56,002 nucleotides of DNA from Desulfuromonadaceae bacterium (GCA_030595055.1 JAUVEB010000001.1:1-56002); one strand, 5' to 3'; numbered from the stretch's first letter, positions 1 through 9,938 are shown. Notes: generated by a model from the letters alone, not told the origin. Translations and numbers: made by a program.

Positions 1-139
1 AATCACCCTTGTCGAAGGCGGACTTGCCGGTTTGAAAATGCAGCGGCTCAGCCATCGTCAGGGAGCTGAACAGCAGGCAAAAAGCGATCAGCAGCGAAAT
101 GCGCAGATATTGTCGAAAAAATGTGGAAATAATCCGCAT
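1..139 (-). CDS. 5' part of an exported protein, truncated by the window edge
   Basis: Manual translation from ATG at 139: MRIISTFFRQYLRISLLIAFCLLFSSLTMAEPLHFQTGKSAFDKGD. It is open to position 1, has a signal-peptide-like N-terminus and has GGAGG upstream. Confidence 0.7.
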   Translation of the reverse strand, partial: MRIISTFFRQYLRISLLIAFCLLFSSLTMAEPLHFQTGKSAFDKGD

Positions 140-173
140 GCGTCCTCCGGAAAACACAAAACAAACCACCAGA

Positions 174-1223
174 TCAAGCGCTCTTGACAGCATTACGGCT
201 GCTGCGTTTCACTTCGTACATCGCCCCATCAGACAGTTTAATCAGTTCCTGCAAACAACAGGCATTGGTCGGATAGGTGGCAACACCGATACTGGCAGTG
301 ACCCGTAGCGACTGCCCGCAATCGGAGATAAATTCGGTCGCGCGTAATTGCTCCAGCAGGTTGTTCGCCAGCGTCAGCGCGCCCTGTTTGCCGGTGGACG
401 GCAAAAGGATGACAAATTCATCGCCCCCGTAACGGGCAGCATGGTCAACATTACGGACAATCTTCTGAAAAAGATGTCCGACCTCCTTGAGCAGTCGACT
501 GCCGGTCAGGTGGCCATAGGTGTCGTTGACCTGTTTGAAATGATCGAGATCAAGGAAGACCATCGACAACTCATTGCCGTAGCGACTGGCGCGTTCCATC
601 TCGTAGTCACACAAGGTCTGAAAATGGCGGGAATTGTGCAGCCCGGTCAAATCGTCGCTGATGGTCAGATCACGCACCCGTTGATGCAGGCGGGAATTCT
701 CAATGGCAATGGCGGTAAAATCGGCAATGGTCGAAAGGATGCGCTGATCCTGCTCAGTAAACTCACCCTGTCCCACACCGTTGAGCAGTTGGATAACGCC
801 GATAATACGATTATTGGAGATCAGCGGCACACAGACAATCGACCGGGTGACGAAACCGATCTTTTTGTCGACCCCGCTGGAAAAACGGGGTTCCTTACCG
901 ACATCCGGGACCAACATCGGGACACCATGCTCGGCGACCCAGCCGGCCACCCCCTCGCCGGGTTGCAAGCGACTGCCGGTCAGACTGTCCGCAACGGGCG
1001 AAACAACGATTTCAAAGCAGAGTTCCCTGGTTTCCTCATCGACAATCAACAGTGACCAGGCCTTCGGACGCAGCAGTTTACCGACCTTTTCCATCACCAC
1101 CTTGTAGACATCCTCAAGGGTCAGGTGGGAGGTCAGAGCCTTGCCGATACCGATCAGGGTCTCAAGCTCATCCTGTAAACGACGGACTTCAACAGACTGG
1201 GGTTGTCCAACACTCATAGGCAT
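174..1223 (-). CDS. GAF-domain sensor diguanylate cyclase
   Basis: GAF-like N-terminus; DDLTGLHN, DLDHFKQVNDTYGH and RYGGDEF motifs. The start could be 1217, 1223 or 1241. Confidence 0.92.
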   Translation of the reverse strand: MPMSVGQPQSVEVRRLQDELETLIGIGKALTSHLTLEDVYKVVMEKVGKLLRPKAWSLLIVDEETRELCFEIVVSPVADSLTGSRLQPGEGVAGWVAEHGVPMLVPDVGKEPRFSSGVDKKIGFVTRSIVCVPLISNNRIIGVIQLLNGVGQGEFTEQDQRILSTIADFTAIAIENSRLHQRVRDLTISDDLTGLHNSRHFQTLCDYEMERASRYGNELSMVFLDLDHFKQVNDTYGHLTGSRLLKEVGHLFQKIVRNVDHAARYGGDEFVILLPSTGKQGALTLANNLLEQLRATEFISDCGQSLRVTASIGVATYPTNACCLQELIKLSDGAMYEVKRSSRNAVKSA

Positions 1224-1313
1224 TTCCCGATCAAAATTCACACATTTAATTGTGCTAATTTAAACACTGAGGACCGATAAGTCAATCGTCTCAAGGATAA
1301 TTACTTGATTCAT

Positions 1314-1341
1314 TAAAGTTTTTCGGCAAAGCTGTCGATAC
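1314..1341 (+). promoter_or_regulatory. Candidate sigma28 (FliA) promoter
   Basis: TAAAGTTT-N12-GTCGATAC versus the consensus TAAAGTTT-N11-GCCGATAA, about 60 nt upstream of the 1401 ORF. Confidence 0.5.
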
Positions 1342-1400
1342 GGGAGAAGTAAGAACCTTATCCCACGACGGGACGAGGGAAAGATTCCACGGAGGGAGTC

Positions 1401-2144
1401 ATGCTCGAAGAAGTTATCAGAACCAAGCCGTTAAAACCCCGTGAGATTTTACCGCAAGTAGGACCGGTCAGTCCCTACCCGCGTATAGACCCCCAGCAAC
1501 CGAAGCAGGAAGGCTACACTCGCTCGCAAGCGGAGACAAAAACGGAGCAGGAATCCCCGGTCCGCCGTCGTTTCACAGCCATGCGCAAACTGATCGACCA
1601 GCTGAAAGAATTGGCCCCGGTTTTTCGTGTCGACTACACAACAGCAGATAAAGAGATGCAGGACCAGGGGCTGGCAATTACTGAAGAGATTCTGATCGAC
1701 CAATTATTAAAGCTGAAAATCTCTCTGACCAGTATCGAAGAATTATTGCAGCAACTCCGTCAGCACAGTTCCGGGATCACTCTCGGCCCGGGCCGACAAC
1801 TCTCCTCCGAAAGGACAAACCTTTTTCCGGTGCATTCTGCAGGACTGTCCGAATATCTTCTGCGTTTTGCCGATTTACAAATCAAGATCGGTCCCGACAG
1901 TCGCGCTATTGTCGAAGAAATCAACAACGAGGGGCGGTTTGTCTTCGAACAGGACAGACTACGCTTGAACTTCAGGCGTTTCAATTCACTCACAGAACAG
2001 ACTGATGATGCCCTGCGCCTCAACATCAGTGTCCTCGTCGGTGCGATAGAAACTGACGAGACCGGCCGCCGGGCCATTCTCTATCCACGCCCGAAGCAGG
2101 ATTTCGGTCTTTACGCGGACAAGCAGATCGATCTGTCAATATGA
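1401..2144 (+). CDS. Hypothetical protein
   Basis: 247-aa ORF with GGAGGGAG SD before the ATG; no family recognised. Confidence 0.8.
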   Translation: MLEEVIRTKPLKPREILPQVGPVSPYPRIDPQQPKQEGYTRSQAETKTEQESPVRRRFTAMRKLIDQLKELAPVFRVDYTTADKEMQDQGLAITEEILIDQLLKLKISLTSIEELLQQLRQHSSGITLGPGRQLSSERTNLFPVHSAGLSEYLLRFADLQIKIGPDSRAIVEEINNEGRFVFEQDRLRLNFRRFNSLTEQTDDALRLNISVLVGAIETDETGRRAILYPRPKQDFGLYADKQIDLSI

Positions 2145-3428
2145 TTCGCTGTTTAACTCCTGCCCATTAAACAGCAGCTGTCCTCGTTCAAAAGTAAAAT
2201 CCAGCCGATAAACACCAGCGGTCGTACGAGTAAGAATTCCCTTCTGCATCAGGGCTCCTGCCAGCTGTTCAGCTTGTTCATTCAAGACTGCTGCATTAAC
2301 CACTGAGCGACCCTTCCGCTGCAGTTTATCAAACAGCCGGAAGCCCGCTGCAAAGGCGGCCTTTGTGATCTTGAGCTGTAGTTCCCCTGATAACCGCTCG
2401 AATAGGCCGGCAGAAGCGGAGGAGGGCAGCTCCTGCAAAGCAAGCTTTCCCTGTCCGGACAGTTCCCCGCCTGCTGTTTGCACGACAAGCTGCTCCAGCT
2501 CTATGCTCAGTTCTTCCTGAAGTAATTCACTATAAATGCCCAACAGCTGAAGTTGCACGCTCAGGGAATCCTGCTTCCGGCTGAGCAAATCGGTCTGAAG
2601 CTGTTTGACTCTTTCTTGCAGATCTCTTAGCGTCGCCACAGCAATTCCCGACAATTTGATTCGCAATCGGCCCGCCGAAAATTCTTCTTCCGCGTACGAG
2701 AGTTCGGCAATTTTCAGATCCAGAACACTGGAGAACTCCCCATTCTCCAGCAGGGTGCTGACCACATACTGCAAACCATTAAACCCGAAACCAACTTGTT
2801 CGGCTGATTGAACCTGTAAATGCTCAAGCTGCAAACGTCCCTCACCAAGAGGAATCCCCTGCTGTTCACGAAAAATACTGGTGAAATTTACCCCGGCGAG
2901 ATCGATCCGAACCTTATCATTTTCAACGAGTTTCAAGCTTTCAAGTAGCAGCTTCAGGTCACCGCTGTTCTCCTGTGTGTCAAACCTCCCGTGCAGTGAT
3001 AACCCTGTGAGTTGGAGCTCTTCTTGACCATTCTGGAAAGTCAGTTCCGGCAATTCAAAGGTGCTGTCGGCAATACCATTCAGCCCGATATCGGTTTCCA
3101 ACAAAAACTCTTTTACCGGCAGGAAAGTTGCGAACCGGGAATTTTTCGAAATCCCTGTCCAGATTTTAATTCCCCAGGGGAAATGGCGAATCCGCTGCTG
3201 CAACTCCAACAGCTCCCGCCCCGGTAAAGACAAAGAAGTCTTTACCTTCGAGACCAACAGGCCCCGCTGATAATCATCCACAGTTACCTGCAGGACTCCC
3301 GGATAGCTTCGATTGAACCGTGCAACCTGATTTGCAAATTTCTCTTCTGTCTTCAAACTACAGACATAGGTCGAGGCAAAAAGCCCAGCCAGAATCAGCA
3401 GCAGCAGCACGGTCATAAGTTTACGCAT
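2136..3428 (-). CDS. YdgA/DUF945-like protein
   Basis: N-terminal anchor, YQRGLLVS, HFPW and C-terminal LLFNGQ patterns as in YdgA. GGAG lies upstream of ATG 3428. Confidence 0.7.
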   Translation of the reverse strand: MRKLMTVLLLLILAGLFASTYVCSLKTEEKFANQVARFNRSYPGVLQVTVDDYQRGLLVSKVKTSLSLPGRELLELQQRIRHFPWGIKIWTGISKNSRFATFLPVKEFLLETDIGLNGIADSTFELPELTFQNGQEELQLTGLSLHGRFDTQENSGDLKLLLESLKLVENDKVRIDLAGVNFTSIFREQQGIPLGEGRLQLEHLQVQSAEQVGFGFNGLQYVVSTLLENGEFSSVLDLKIAELSYAEEEFSAGRLRIKLSGIAVATLRDLQERVKQLQTDLLSRKQDSLSVQLQLLGIYSELLQEELSIELEQLVVQTAGGELSGQGKLALQELPSSASAGLFERLSGELQLKITKAAFAAGFRLFDKLQRKGRSVVNAAVLNEQAEQLAGALMQKGILTRTTAGVYRLDFTFERGQLLFNGQELNSESY

Positions 3429-3562
3429 CAGTTTCTCCGTTAAAACCTGCAGTGCACCCATCCGGAGTTTCCGCATGGACACTATTTAAGCTTTTATTGT
3501 GGGATAGCGACCGTCACGCTAACGGGATCGATAACACCTGTCAAGACGACTGACAGCAGACA

Positions 3563-6091
3563 TTATTCCTGCCGCAAGTAGCCGGCCGGTTTTTGCCCCA
3601 AGGCTTTCCAAGTCCCAAGCAGGCCGAGCAGCAGGGTCAGGACGATCCCGGCAGTCAGGGTCAACAGAATCACTTCCGGATGCAGGTTAAAGGGGACGTC
3701 AAGCGGTCCCTTGAGGATGGCAAAGGCGGCCAGGGTTCCGGTCAGGGCACTGATCGCACCAGCGGCCAGGCCGAGCAGTATGAACTCGGCGGCAAAGCTC
3801 AGCAGGATGTCGCGGCGCGTGGCACCACAGACCTTGAAGATCACCGCATCATGGATGCGTCGGTGCTGATCGGCCGATACGGCCCCGGCCAGCACCAGGA
3901 ATCCGGTCAGCAGGGTAATCCCCGCCATCCCCTGGAAGACCCTGCCGATCCGTCCAAGGGTGCGTGCCACGTTCCCCAGCACCTCGCGGGTACTGATCGC
4001 AGAGATATTCGGAAATTGATTGGTAATCATACGATAAATAGCGGCCTCATCCTGCTGCGGCAGGGATACGGCAGCGAGATGGGTCTGCGGTGCATTCTCC
4101 AGGACTCCGGGCGCAAACAGCAGGGCAAAATTGAGTTTCAGGGAGGACCAGTCAACAACCCGCAAGTTGGCAATTGTGGCGGTTATCTCCCGCCCGAGAA
4201 TATTTACCGTGATGCTGTCACCAAGGCCGACGCCGAACCCTTCGGCCAGGTCGGCGGTCAACGACAGCTGCGGCGGGCCGCGGTAATCACTCGGCCACCA
4301 GCTCCCGGCACTTAACTCTGTCCCGGGCGGCATAACGGCACGGTAACTGAAAAATCGATCACCGCGCACGGCCCAGCGCACACTCGGGGCGATGTCGGCC
4401 TCTGCGACCGGCACCCCGGCAATCGCCGTGATCCGACCGCGCAAGGTCGGTGACCGGTCAATCCGCAACCGGGAAAATCCCGCCAGCGCCTGTTCGAATG
4501 GAGCAACCTGGTGAGGCTGTATATCGAAAAAGAAGAAGGCCGGCGCTTCGGCCGGGATGGTCTCACCGACCATATCGTTCAGGTTGACCTGCACCAGGGC
4601 AATCATCACCAGGGCCGTCAACCCCAGGCCGAGGGAGAAAATGACGCTCCCCGCCGGGGCTCCGGGGCGACTGATGTTGGCCAAGCCGAGGCGTAAGCGC
4701 GGATTACCCGGACGCGGCAACTGATGAGCCAGGCGGATAACAGCGGTCGCCAGAATCCGAAACATAAAAAAGCAGCCCCCGGAACCCAGGATAAACCAAC
4801 CGGCCAAACGTTTGTCGCTGCTGCTCAGCAAAGCAACCAAAGCCAGCAGCAGGACACTCGCGGCAATCGCCAGCCAGATTTTTCCCCCCGGACCTTTGTT
4901 GTCTGCGTCAAGATAACCGCGGAACAGCACTGCTGGAGGAACGCGGCAAGCAATCCCCAGTTCCTTTAAAGAAAAGATCAGGGAGATCAACAAGCCGAAC
5001 AGCGCCGCAACCAGCAATACTTCGGGAAAGATATCCGGCTGCAAGGGGATCGGCAGCTGCCCTGCAGCAAGTTTTTCGATCAACCAGGGAACCGCCGCAC
5101 CAGCCAGCAATCCCCCACCGGTTCCCAGGAACCCGAGAATCAATACCTGCAACAGGTAGGCAATAAAAATCACCCGGCCCGTGGCACCGAGACATTTCAT
5201 CGTCGCGATGTGTAACACCTTGCCGTTCAGGTAACCGCGCACCGCACCGGAGACCCCCAACCCACCAACCAGTAAGGCACAGAGACCGAGCAGGGTCAGA
5301 TTGGTTCCCATCCGGTCGAGAAAATAGCGGACCCGTGGGGCCGCTTCGCGCCAGCTGCGCAACCGCCAGCCGGCATCGGGAAAACGCCGCTGTAACTCCC
5401 CTTTCAGCATTGCGGCCTGTTGCCGATCGGCCAGTTTGAGCCGATAGCGATAATTCACCAGGCTGCCCGGTTGCAGCAGCTCGGTTGCGGCCAACCCGGT
5501 CCGACTGATCAACAGCCGTGGACCCAGGTGAAAAGCCCGAAGGGTCCGGTCCGGCTCGGCCAACAGGACTCCACGCACGGTAAAAGTTGCTTTACCGACG
5601 CGGACCTGTTCGCCGACTTTCAGGGCAAGCCGCTGCAGAAAGTTCTCTTCCACAAGGGCGCCGAATTTCCGACCGGCTCCGGCCAGGGCCATGTCCAGCG
5701 CTTGCGGAGGCTCGATCGGCAACTGCCCGTACAAGGGATAAACACCATCAACGGCCTTCAGTTCCACCAACGCTCGTTCCGTACCATTGTCATGCGCCGC
5801 CATGGTGCGCAATTCCAGGACTTCGGAAAGCAACCCCTGTTGGTTGAGGAAGACACGCTGTTCACCGCTCACCGGGCGCTGAGCCAGACGGATTTCCAGA
5901 TCTCCCCCGAGCAGGGCGCCGGCATCGGCCGACAGGCCGGAACGCGCGGCAGCGCTGAAACTGCCGATAGCACTGATGGCAAAAACGCCGAGGAAAAGAC
6001 AGGCAAGGAAGACCCCGAAGCCACGCAACCCGCCGCGCAGTTCACGCCGGGTCAGCCGTAATGCTTGACGAAAAACCGGCGGTTCGTTCAC
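3563..6091 (-). CDS. ybbP: ABC transporter permease (FtsX-type, YbbP-like)
   Basis: 842 aa with two FtsX-like TM clusters; LLGGDLE, ELKAVDGVYPLYG and FFFDIQPHQ motifs. Confidence 0.88.
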   Translation of the reverse strand: MNEPPVFRQALRLTRRELRGGLRGFGVFLACLFLGVFAISAIGSFSAAARSGLSADAGALLGGDLEIRLAQRPVSGEQRVFLNQQGLLSEVLELRTMAAHDNGTERALVELKAVDGVYPLYGQLPIEPPQALDMALAGAGRKFGALVEENFLQRLALKVGEQVRVGKATFTVRGVLLAEPDRTLRAFHLGPRLLISRTGLAATELLQPGSLVNYRYRLKLADRQQAAMLKGELQRRFPDAGWRLRSWREAAPRVRYFLDRMGTNLTLLGLCALLVGGLGVSGAVRGYLNGKVLHIATMKCLGATGRVIFIAYLLQVLILGFLGTGGGLLAGAAVPWLIEKLAAGQLPIPLQPDIFPEVLLVAALFGLLISLIFSLKELGIACRVPPAVLFRGYLDADNKGPGGKIWLAIAASVLLLALVALLSSSDKRLAGWFILGSGGCFFMFRILATAVIRLAHQLPRPGNPRLRLGLANISRPGAPAGSVIFSLGLGLTALVMIALVQVNLNDMVGETIPAEAPAFFFFDIQPHQVAPFEQALAGFSRLRIDRSPTLRGRITAIAGVPVAEADIAPSVRWAVRGDRFFSYRAVMPPGTELSAGSWWPSDYRGPPQLSLTADLAEGFGVGLGDSITVNILGREITATIANLRVVDWSSLKLNFALLFAPGVLENAPQTHLAAVSLPQQDEAAIYRMITNQFPNISAISTREVLGNVARTLGRIGRVFQGMAGITLLTGFLVLAGAVSADQHRRIHDAVIFKVCGATRRDILLSFAAEFILLGLAAGAISALTGTLAAFAILKGPLDVPFNLHPEVILLTLTAGIVLTLLLGLLGTWKALGQKPAGYLRQE

Positions 6092-6777
6092 GCCACCACC
6101 CCACTCAAAGGTTGAAACTGCCCGTCAGCCATCCGCAGCGTGCGACTGCAGCGTGTCGCGAGTTGCGAATCATGGGTCACCAGGATCAGCGTGGTGCCCT
6201 GTTTCTGCTGCAGGCCGAACAGCAACTCCATCACTTTCTCGCCGGTTTCCTGATCAAGGTTCCCGGTCGGTTCGTCGGCCAGGATCAGTTTCGGGTTGGC
6301 GACAAAGGCCCGCGCCAGTGCGACACGTTGCTGCTCGCCACCGGAAAGCTGTCCCGGAAAATGCTTCCGGCGCGGGGCCAGTCCGGTCGCCGCCAGAGCG
6401 CCGGCGGCCCGCTCGAGGGCATCATCAGCACCGGCAAACTCCAGCGGCAGGGCGACATTTTCCACCGCCGTCATGGTCGGCACCAAATGGAAAGACTGAA
6501 AAACGATGCCGACCTGCAAACGGCGAAAGCGTGCCAGTTCATCCTCATCCAACGCTCCCAGATCGGCCCCGGCGACCCGGATAATACCGGAATTCACCTT
6601 TTCAAGCCCGGCCAGAACCATCAGCAGGGTGGTTTTGCCCGCCCCCGAAGGGCCGACAATACTGAGGGTTTCCCCTTTTTCAACGCGCAGATCGACACCA
6701 CGAAGGATATTGACCTGGCCCGCTCCCCCCACTAAACTTAAATATAGATTCTCTATTTCAACGATCGGCTCGGCCAT
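6088..6777 (-). CDS. ybbA: ABC transporter ATP-binding protein (YbbA-like)
   Basis: [26 protein letters not shown]; translationally coupled to ybbP. Confidence 0.92.
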   Translation of the reverse strand: MAEPIVEIENLYLSLVGGAGQVNILRGVDLRVEKGETLSIVGPSGAGKTTLLMVLAGLEKVNSGIIRVAGADLGALDEDELARFRRLQVGIVFQSFHLVPTMTAVENVALPLEFAGADDALERAAGALAATGLAPRRKHFPGQLSGGEQQRVALARAFVANPKLILADEPTGNLDQETGEKVMELLFGLQQKQGTTLILVTHDSQLATRCSRTLRMADGQFQPLSGVVA

Positions 6778-7435
6778 GAAAACTCCTGTAATCGTACTGC
6801 TGTTCAGCCTTCTCAGTTGTTATGGCAATCTCTTTGCGGCGCCACCGGCCGGCAAAGAAATGTGCATCGTCGTACTCGGCGACAGCCTGACTGCCGGCTA
6901 CGGATTGGCCATGCCGACCGCCTTCCCGGCTCGCCTGCAAGCAGCACTGCAACGGCGAGGGCAACAGCTTCGCGTCGTCAATGCCGGGATCTCCGGGGAC
7001 ACCAGCATGGGCGGACTGGCTCGTCTCGACTGGGCTCTGGCAGATCGTCCCGATCTGATGATCGTTGCCCTCGGGGCCAATGACGCCCTGCGCGGCCTTG
7101 ACCCCGCACAGACCAGGCAGAACATCAACAGCATCCTCTCCCGCCTGCAAAAAAACGGCGTCAAGGCACTGTTGGCCGGAATGAAGGCGCCACGCAACCT
7201 GGGCGAAGATTATTATACCAGGTTCGACCGCATCTACCCCCAACTGGCACGGCAACACAATGTCCCATTCTATCCTTTTTTTCTGGACGGCGTCGCCGGG
7301 AACCCGGGGCTGAACCAAACGGATGGCATTCACCCGACGGCTGCCGGAGTTGAGATTATGGTGCAAGGGATATTGCCGCTGGTGGAGGAAACTTTGGCAA
7401 GAATCGTCGAAACAGCCGGAGAGTGTGCTGATTGA
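6776..7435 (+). CDS. tesA: GDSL arylesterase / acyl-CoA thioesterase I
   Basis: Signal peptide; GDSL, NAGISGDT, GANDALRG and DGIHP blocks. Confidence 0.9.
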   Translation: MKTPVIVLLFSLLSCYGNLFAAPPAGKEMCIVVLGDSLTAGYGLAMPTAFPARLQAALQRRGQQLRVVNAGISGDTSMGGLARLDWALADRPDLMIVALGANDALRGLDPAQTRQNINSILSRLQKNGVKALLAGMKAPRNLGEDYYTRFDRIYPQLARQHNVPFYPFFLDGVAGNPGLNQTDGIHPTAAGVEIMVQGILPLVEETLARIVETAGECAD

Positions 7436-7577
7436 TGTCGAGAACACGGGAAAGAGCCGTTTCCGGATGAAAACTGGTACCTACTTGCATAAATCAGCGG
7501 AGCATCTATTTAAAGCTGTTCAGAACGGGTGATGATGATTTGGTGCCACACGGGTCGAAGCAACGGTCCAGCTGTTG

Positions 7578-9671
7578 TCAAATTTTTATCGGCAGCCGGA
7601 GGTAAAAAGTGCTCCCTTTCCCCATGACGCTCTCGGCCCAGATGCTGCCGCCATGGACCTTAACGATTTCCCGAACCAGGGCCAAACCGATTCCGACCCC
7701 CCCCGGGGTGCAATGGGCGCCGCTGTTGACGCGGTAGAATCGGCCGAAAACCTTATCCAGGGCCTCCTGGGGAATTCCCAGCCCCTCATCGCTGACCCAG
7801 AGGATAACCGAATCTTCTTCCTGCCTGGCCCCCAGAATGATTTTTCCCCCCTCGGGGGAATATTTGATGGCATTGGAGATGAGGTTTTTGAACACCTGTT
7901 GGAGTCTTTTCACATCGCCACGGACGGGAGGGAGGCCGGAGGAGCAGTCGATGGTCGTCTGATGTTTCTTGGATGCTTTTTCGAAAAGGTGTCTGCTGCT
8001 TTCCAGAAGGGCCGGAACATCGACAGCTTTAAAGTCATACGTTTCCATTTCCGCCTGCATGCGCTGCAGGTCCAGAAAGTTGCTGATCAGTTCGTTGAGT
8101 TTTTCCGTTTCCTTCTGGACTGTTTGAAGGCAGTCGATCTGCTGGTCCCGGTCCACCTCGTTTTCAATCAGAAACTCGACAAAGCCCATCATGGCGGTCA
8201 GGGGGGTGCGCATTTCGTGACTGACCGAAGAGAGGAGTTCGTCCTTAAGTCTCTCCATCTTTTTCTGGTCGGTGATCTCTTTTGCCACATGAACGCTTCC
8301 CCAAAGGGTGCCGGTGCTTCCCAGTAGGGGATAGAGGGAGAAATGAAAATAGCGGTCGGCCTCCGGCAGGTAAATTTCATCCGATTGAGGCTCTTTTGTC
8401 TGAACCATCTTTTCGAATAAAAGGCTTTTCACTCTGTCCTTGTTGCCGAAAAAACAGCAATACTTGTCTTTTTCCGGATATGGTTGGCTTTCCCCGAGAA
8501 ATTCTTCAGCCGCTTGATTTCTTTTCAGGATGTTCCCTTTCTTATCGACAATGGCGACCGCGTCGGTGATGGCCTCGAAGGTTGCCGCCCACTGACGTTC
8601 ACTTTTGGCGAGATTCTCTTCGGCCTCCATGCGTTCGGCAATTTCAAGTTGCAAATCTGCGTTCAGTTTTTCCAGTTCGGTTGAATAGACCATAACCTTG
8701 CGCGTCAGCGGCTGTAGAAGGAAAAACATGACGATGCCGCCGAGAATTGTGAGGGAGAAGATGGTCGCTCCCACGGGAAAAAGCTCTTCGTGGATCGGAG
8801 CGTATAGTTCTTTTTCCGGCACGAGGACAAGCATCCCCCAGCCTGTCGGGGCAATAGGAGAAAACCCGACAAGAGTGTCTGGCCAATCCCCTTGGGCCTG
8901 GTACCTGAAAATGCCGGTCTCCTTATTCAATGCCCGTTTTAATCCGAAATAGTAAGGAATTGAAGTGTCCGCAGATTGAAAACGTTTCCCGTCCGTTTTC
9001 TGGCAGGAAAAGAAATATTGCGTAATTCCCTGGACTTCGAGGGCAATAAGGTGTTCTACGCATCCGCATATTCCGATTCCGGTGTATTCATGGACCAGCT
9101 TTTCCAGGCGGTCGGTGCTGAACAGAACGATGTCCGTTCCGATGCGGTTGTGTTTTTCATCCAATATGGGGGAACCGACAATCAGGTAGAAATTTCCATT
9201 GATGGCCTGGGGATCGGAAATGAGGGGTTCGTCACCGGTTTTGCCGGGAATCAGCCAAAGATCAGGAGGGATGGAAAGACCGACCTGGGCCAGCATTTCC
9301 CCGTTTTTGTCTAAGCGGGTAATTCCGGTTACCTCTGCCGGTTGCATTGAATCTTTTAGCCAGAGGGCGGTCAATTCAGCCAAAGCCGCCTTGTCCTCCT
9401 GCCCGAGATTGTAAGCGATCAGATATTTGCGGAGCGTGGTACGACCGCTTATCTGTCGGGAGATATCGGTAAGGCGGGCCAGGTACTCTTCGATAGCTGC
9501 AACTTTGTCTTGGACGGTGGTGAGAAGGCTGTTTTCCTGAGCCTTTTTGAGATGATTGTAATAGGGAAGGATACTGGTGATGGAAATGACCAGGTAGGCC
9601 CCCAGCATGTAGACCACGGAAAAAAAGATGAGCTTTTTGCGAAGTGAACTGGAGTACAATTGCCTTCTCAT
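7578..9671 (-). CDS. Membrane sensor histidine kinase (Cache-like + PAS + HisKA + HATPase)
   Basis: Two TM segments; H-box SHEMRTPLT, N-box NLISNAIKY, G-boxes DEGLGI and GVGIGL. GGAGG lies before ATG 9671. Confidence 0.92.
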   Translation of the reverse strand: MRRQLYSSSLRKKLIFFSVVYMLGAYLVISITSILPYYNHLKKAQENSLLTTVQDKVAAIEEYLARLTDISRQISGRTTLRKYLIAYNLGQEDKAALAELTALWLKDSMQPAEVTGITRLDKNGEMLAQVGLSIPPDLWLIPGKTGDEPLISDPQAINGNFYLIVGSPILDEKHNRIGTDIVLFSTDRLEKLVHEYTGIGICGCVEHLIALEVQGITQYFFSCQKTDGKRFQSADTSIPYYFGLKRALNKETGIFRYQAQGDWPDTLVGFSPIAPTGWGMLVLVPEKELYAPIHEELFPVGATIFSLTILGGIVMFFLLQPLTRKVMVYSTELEKLNADLQLEIAERMEAEENLAKSERQWAATFEAITDAVAIVDKKGNILKRNQAAEEFLGESQPYPEKDKYCCFFGNKDRVKSLLFEKMVQTKEPQSDEIYLPEADRYFHFSLYPLLGSTGTLWGSVHVAKEITDQKKMERLKDELLSSVSHEMRTPLTAMMGFVEFLIENEVDRDQQIDCLQTVQKETEKLNELISNFLDLQRMQAEMETYDFKAVDVPALLESSRHLFEKASKKHQTTIDCSSGLPPVRGDVKRLQQVFKNLISNAIKYSPEGGKIILGARQEEDSVILWVSDEGLGIPQEALDKVFGRFYRVNSGAHCTPGGVGIGLALVREIVKVHGGSIWAESVMGKGSTFYLRLPIKI

Positions 9672-9787
9672 CAAAGCCTCCGGTTTGGCGTGCAAGATCA
9701 TTTCGAACGGTCAAATCTACGCTTGACTATTATTGAGCCCATCCTCAAGAATTTTCAATAATTTACCGCAACAAAAGATCTTTTTTC

Positions 9788-9938
9788 GTAACTATTCAGC
9801 ATTATCAGATCAGGGAAAAAACGCCTGTCATCCCTTAAGTGCTGTTATCGGGGATCCAGTCTTTCTGTCTTTTAAAATCTGGATTCCGGCTAAAATCCTG
9901 CCGGAATGACTGTCTTTTGTACTGTGCTGAATAGTTAC
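9788..9938. mobile_element. IS66-type MITE, copy A
   Basis: Perfect 14-bp TIR GTAACTATTCAGCA / TGCTGAATAGTTAC; flanks CTTTTTTC / CTTTGTTC (7/8 target duplication). Confidence 0.8.
9827..9910. repeat. REP-like palindromic doublet nested inside MITE A
   Basis: GTCATCCC...GGGGATCCAG and the inverted partner CTGGATTCCGGC-N9-GCCGGAATGAC. Confidence 0.65.

Noticed and set aside
348-1055. Long antisense/shadow ORFs (e.g. 348-1055, 3593-4315, 16116-17069, 34984-35574, 48527-49546)
   Set aside because: They lie opposite or within well-supported genes, have no motifs or SD, and are expected from codon bias.
2136-2144. 9-nt convergent overlap of two gene ends
   Set aside because: A common arrangement with no further signal.
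7541-7559. Minus-strand TTCGACCCGTGTGGCACCA resembling a tRNA 3' end or att site
   Set aside because: The spacing from TTCGA to CCA is too short, there is no T-stem and no integrase is nearby.
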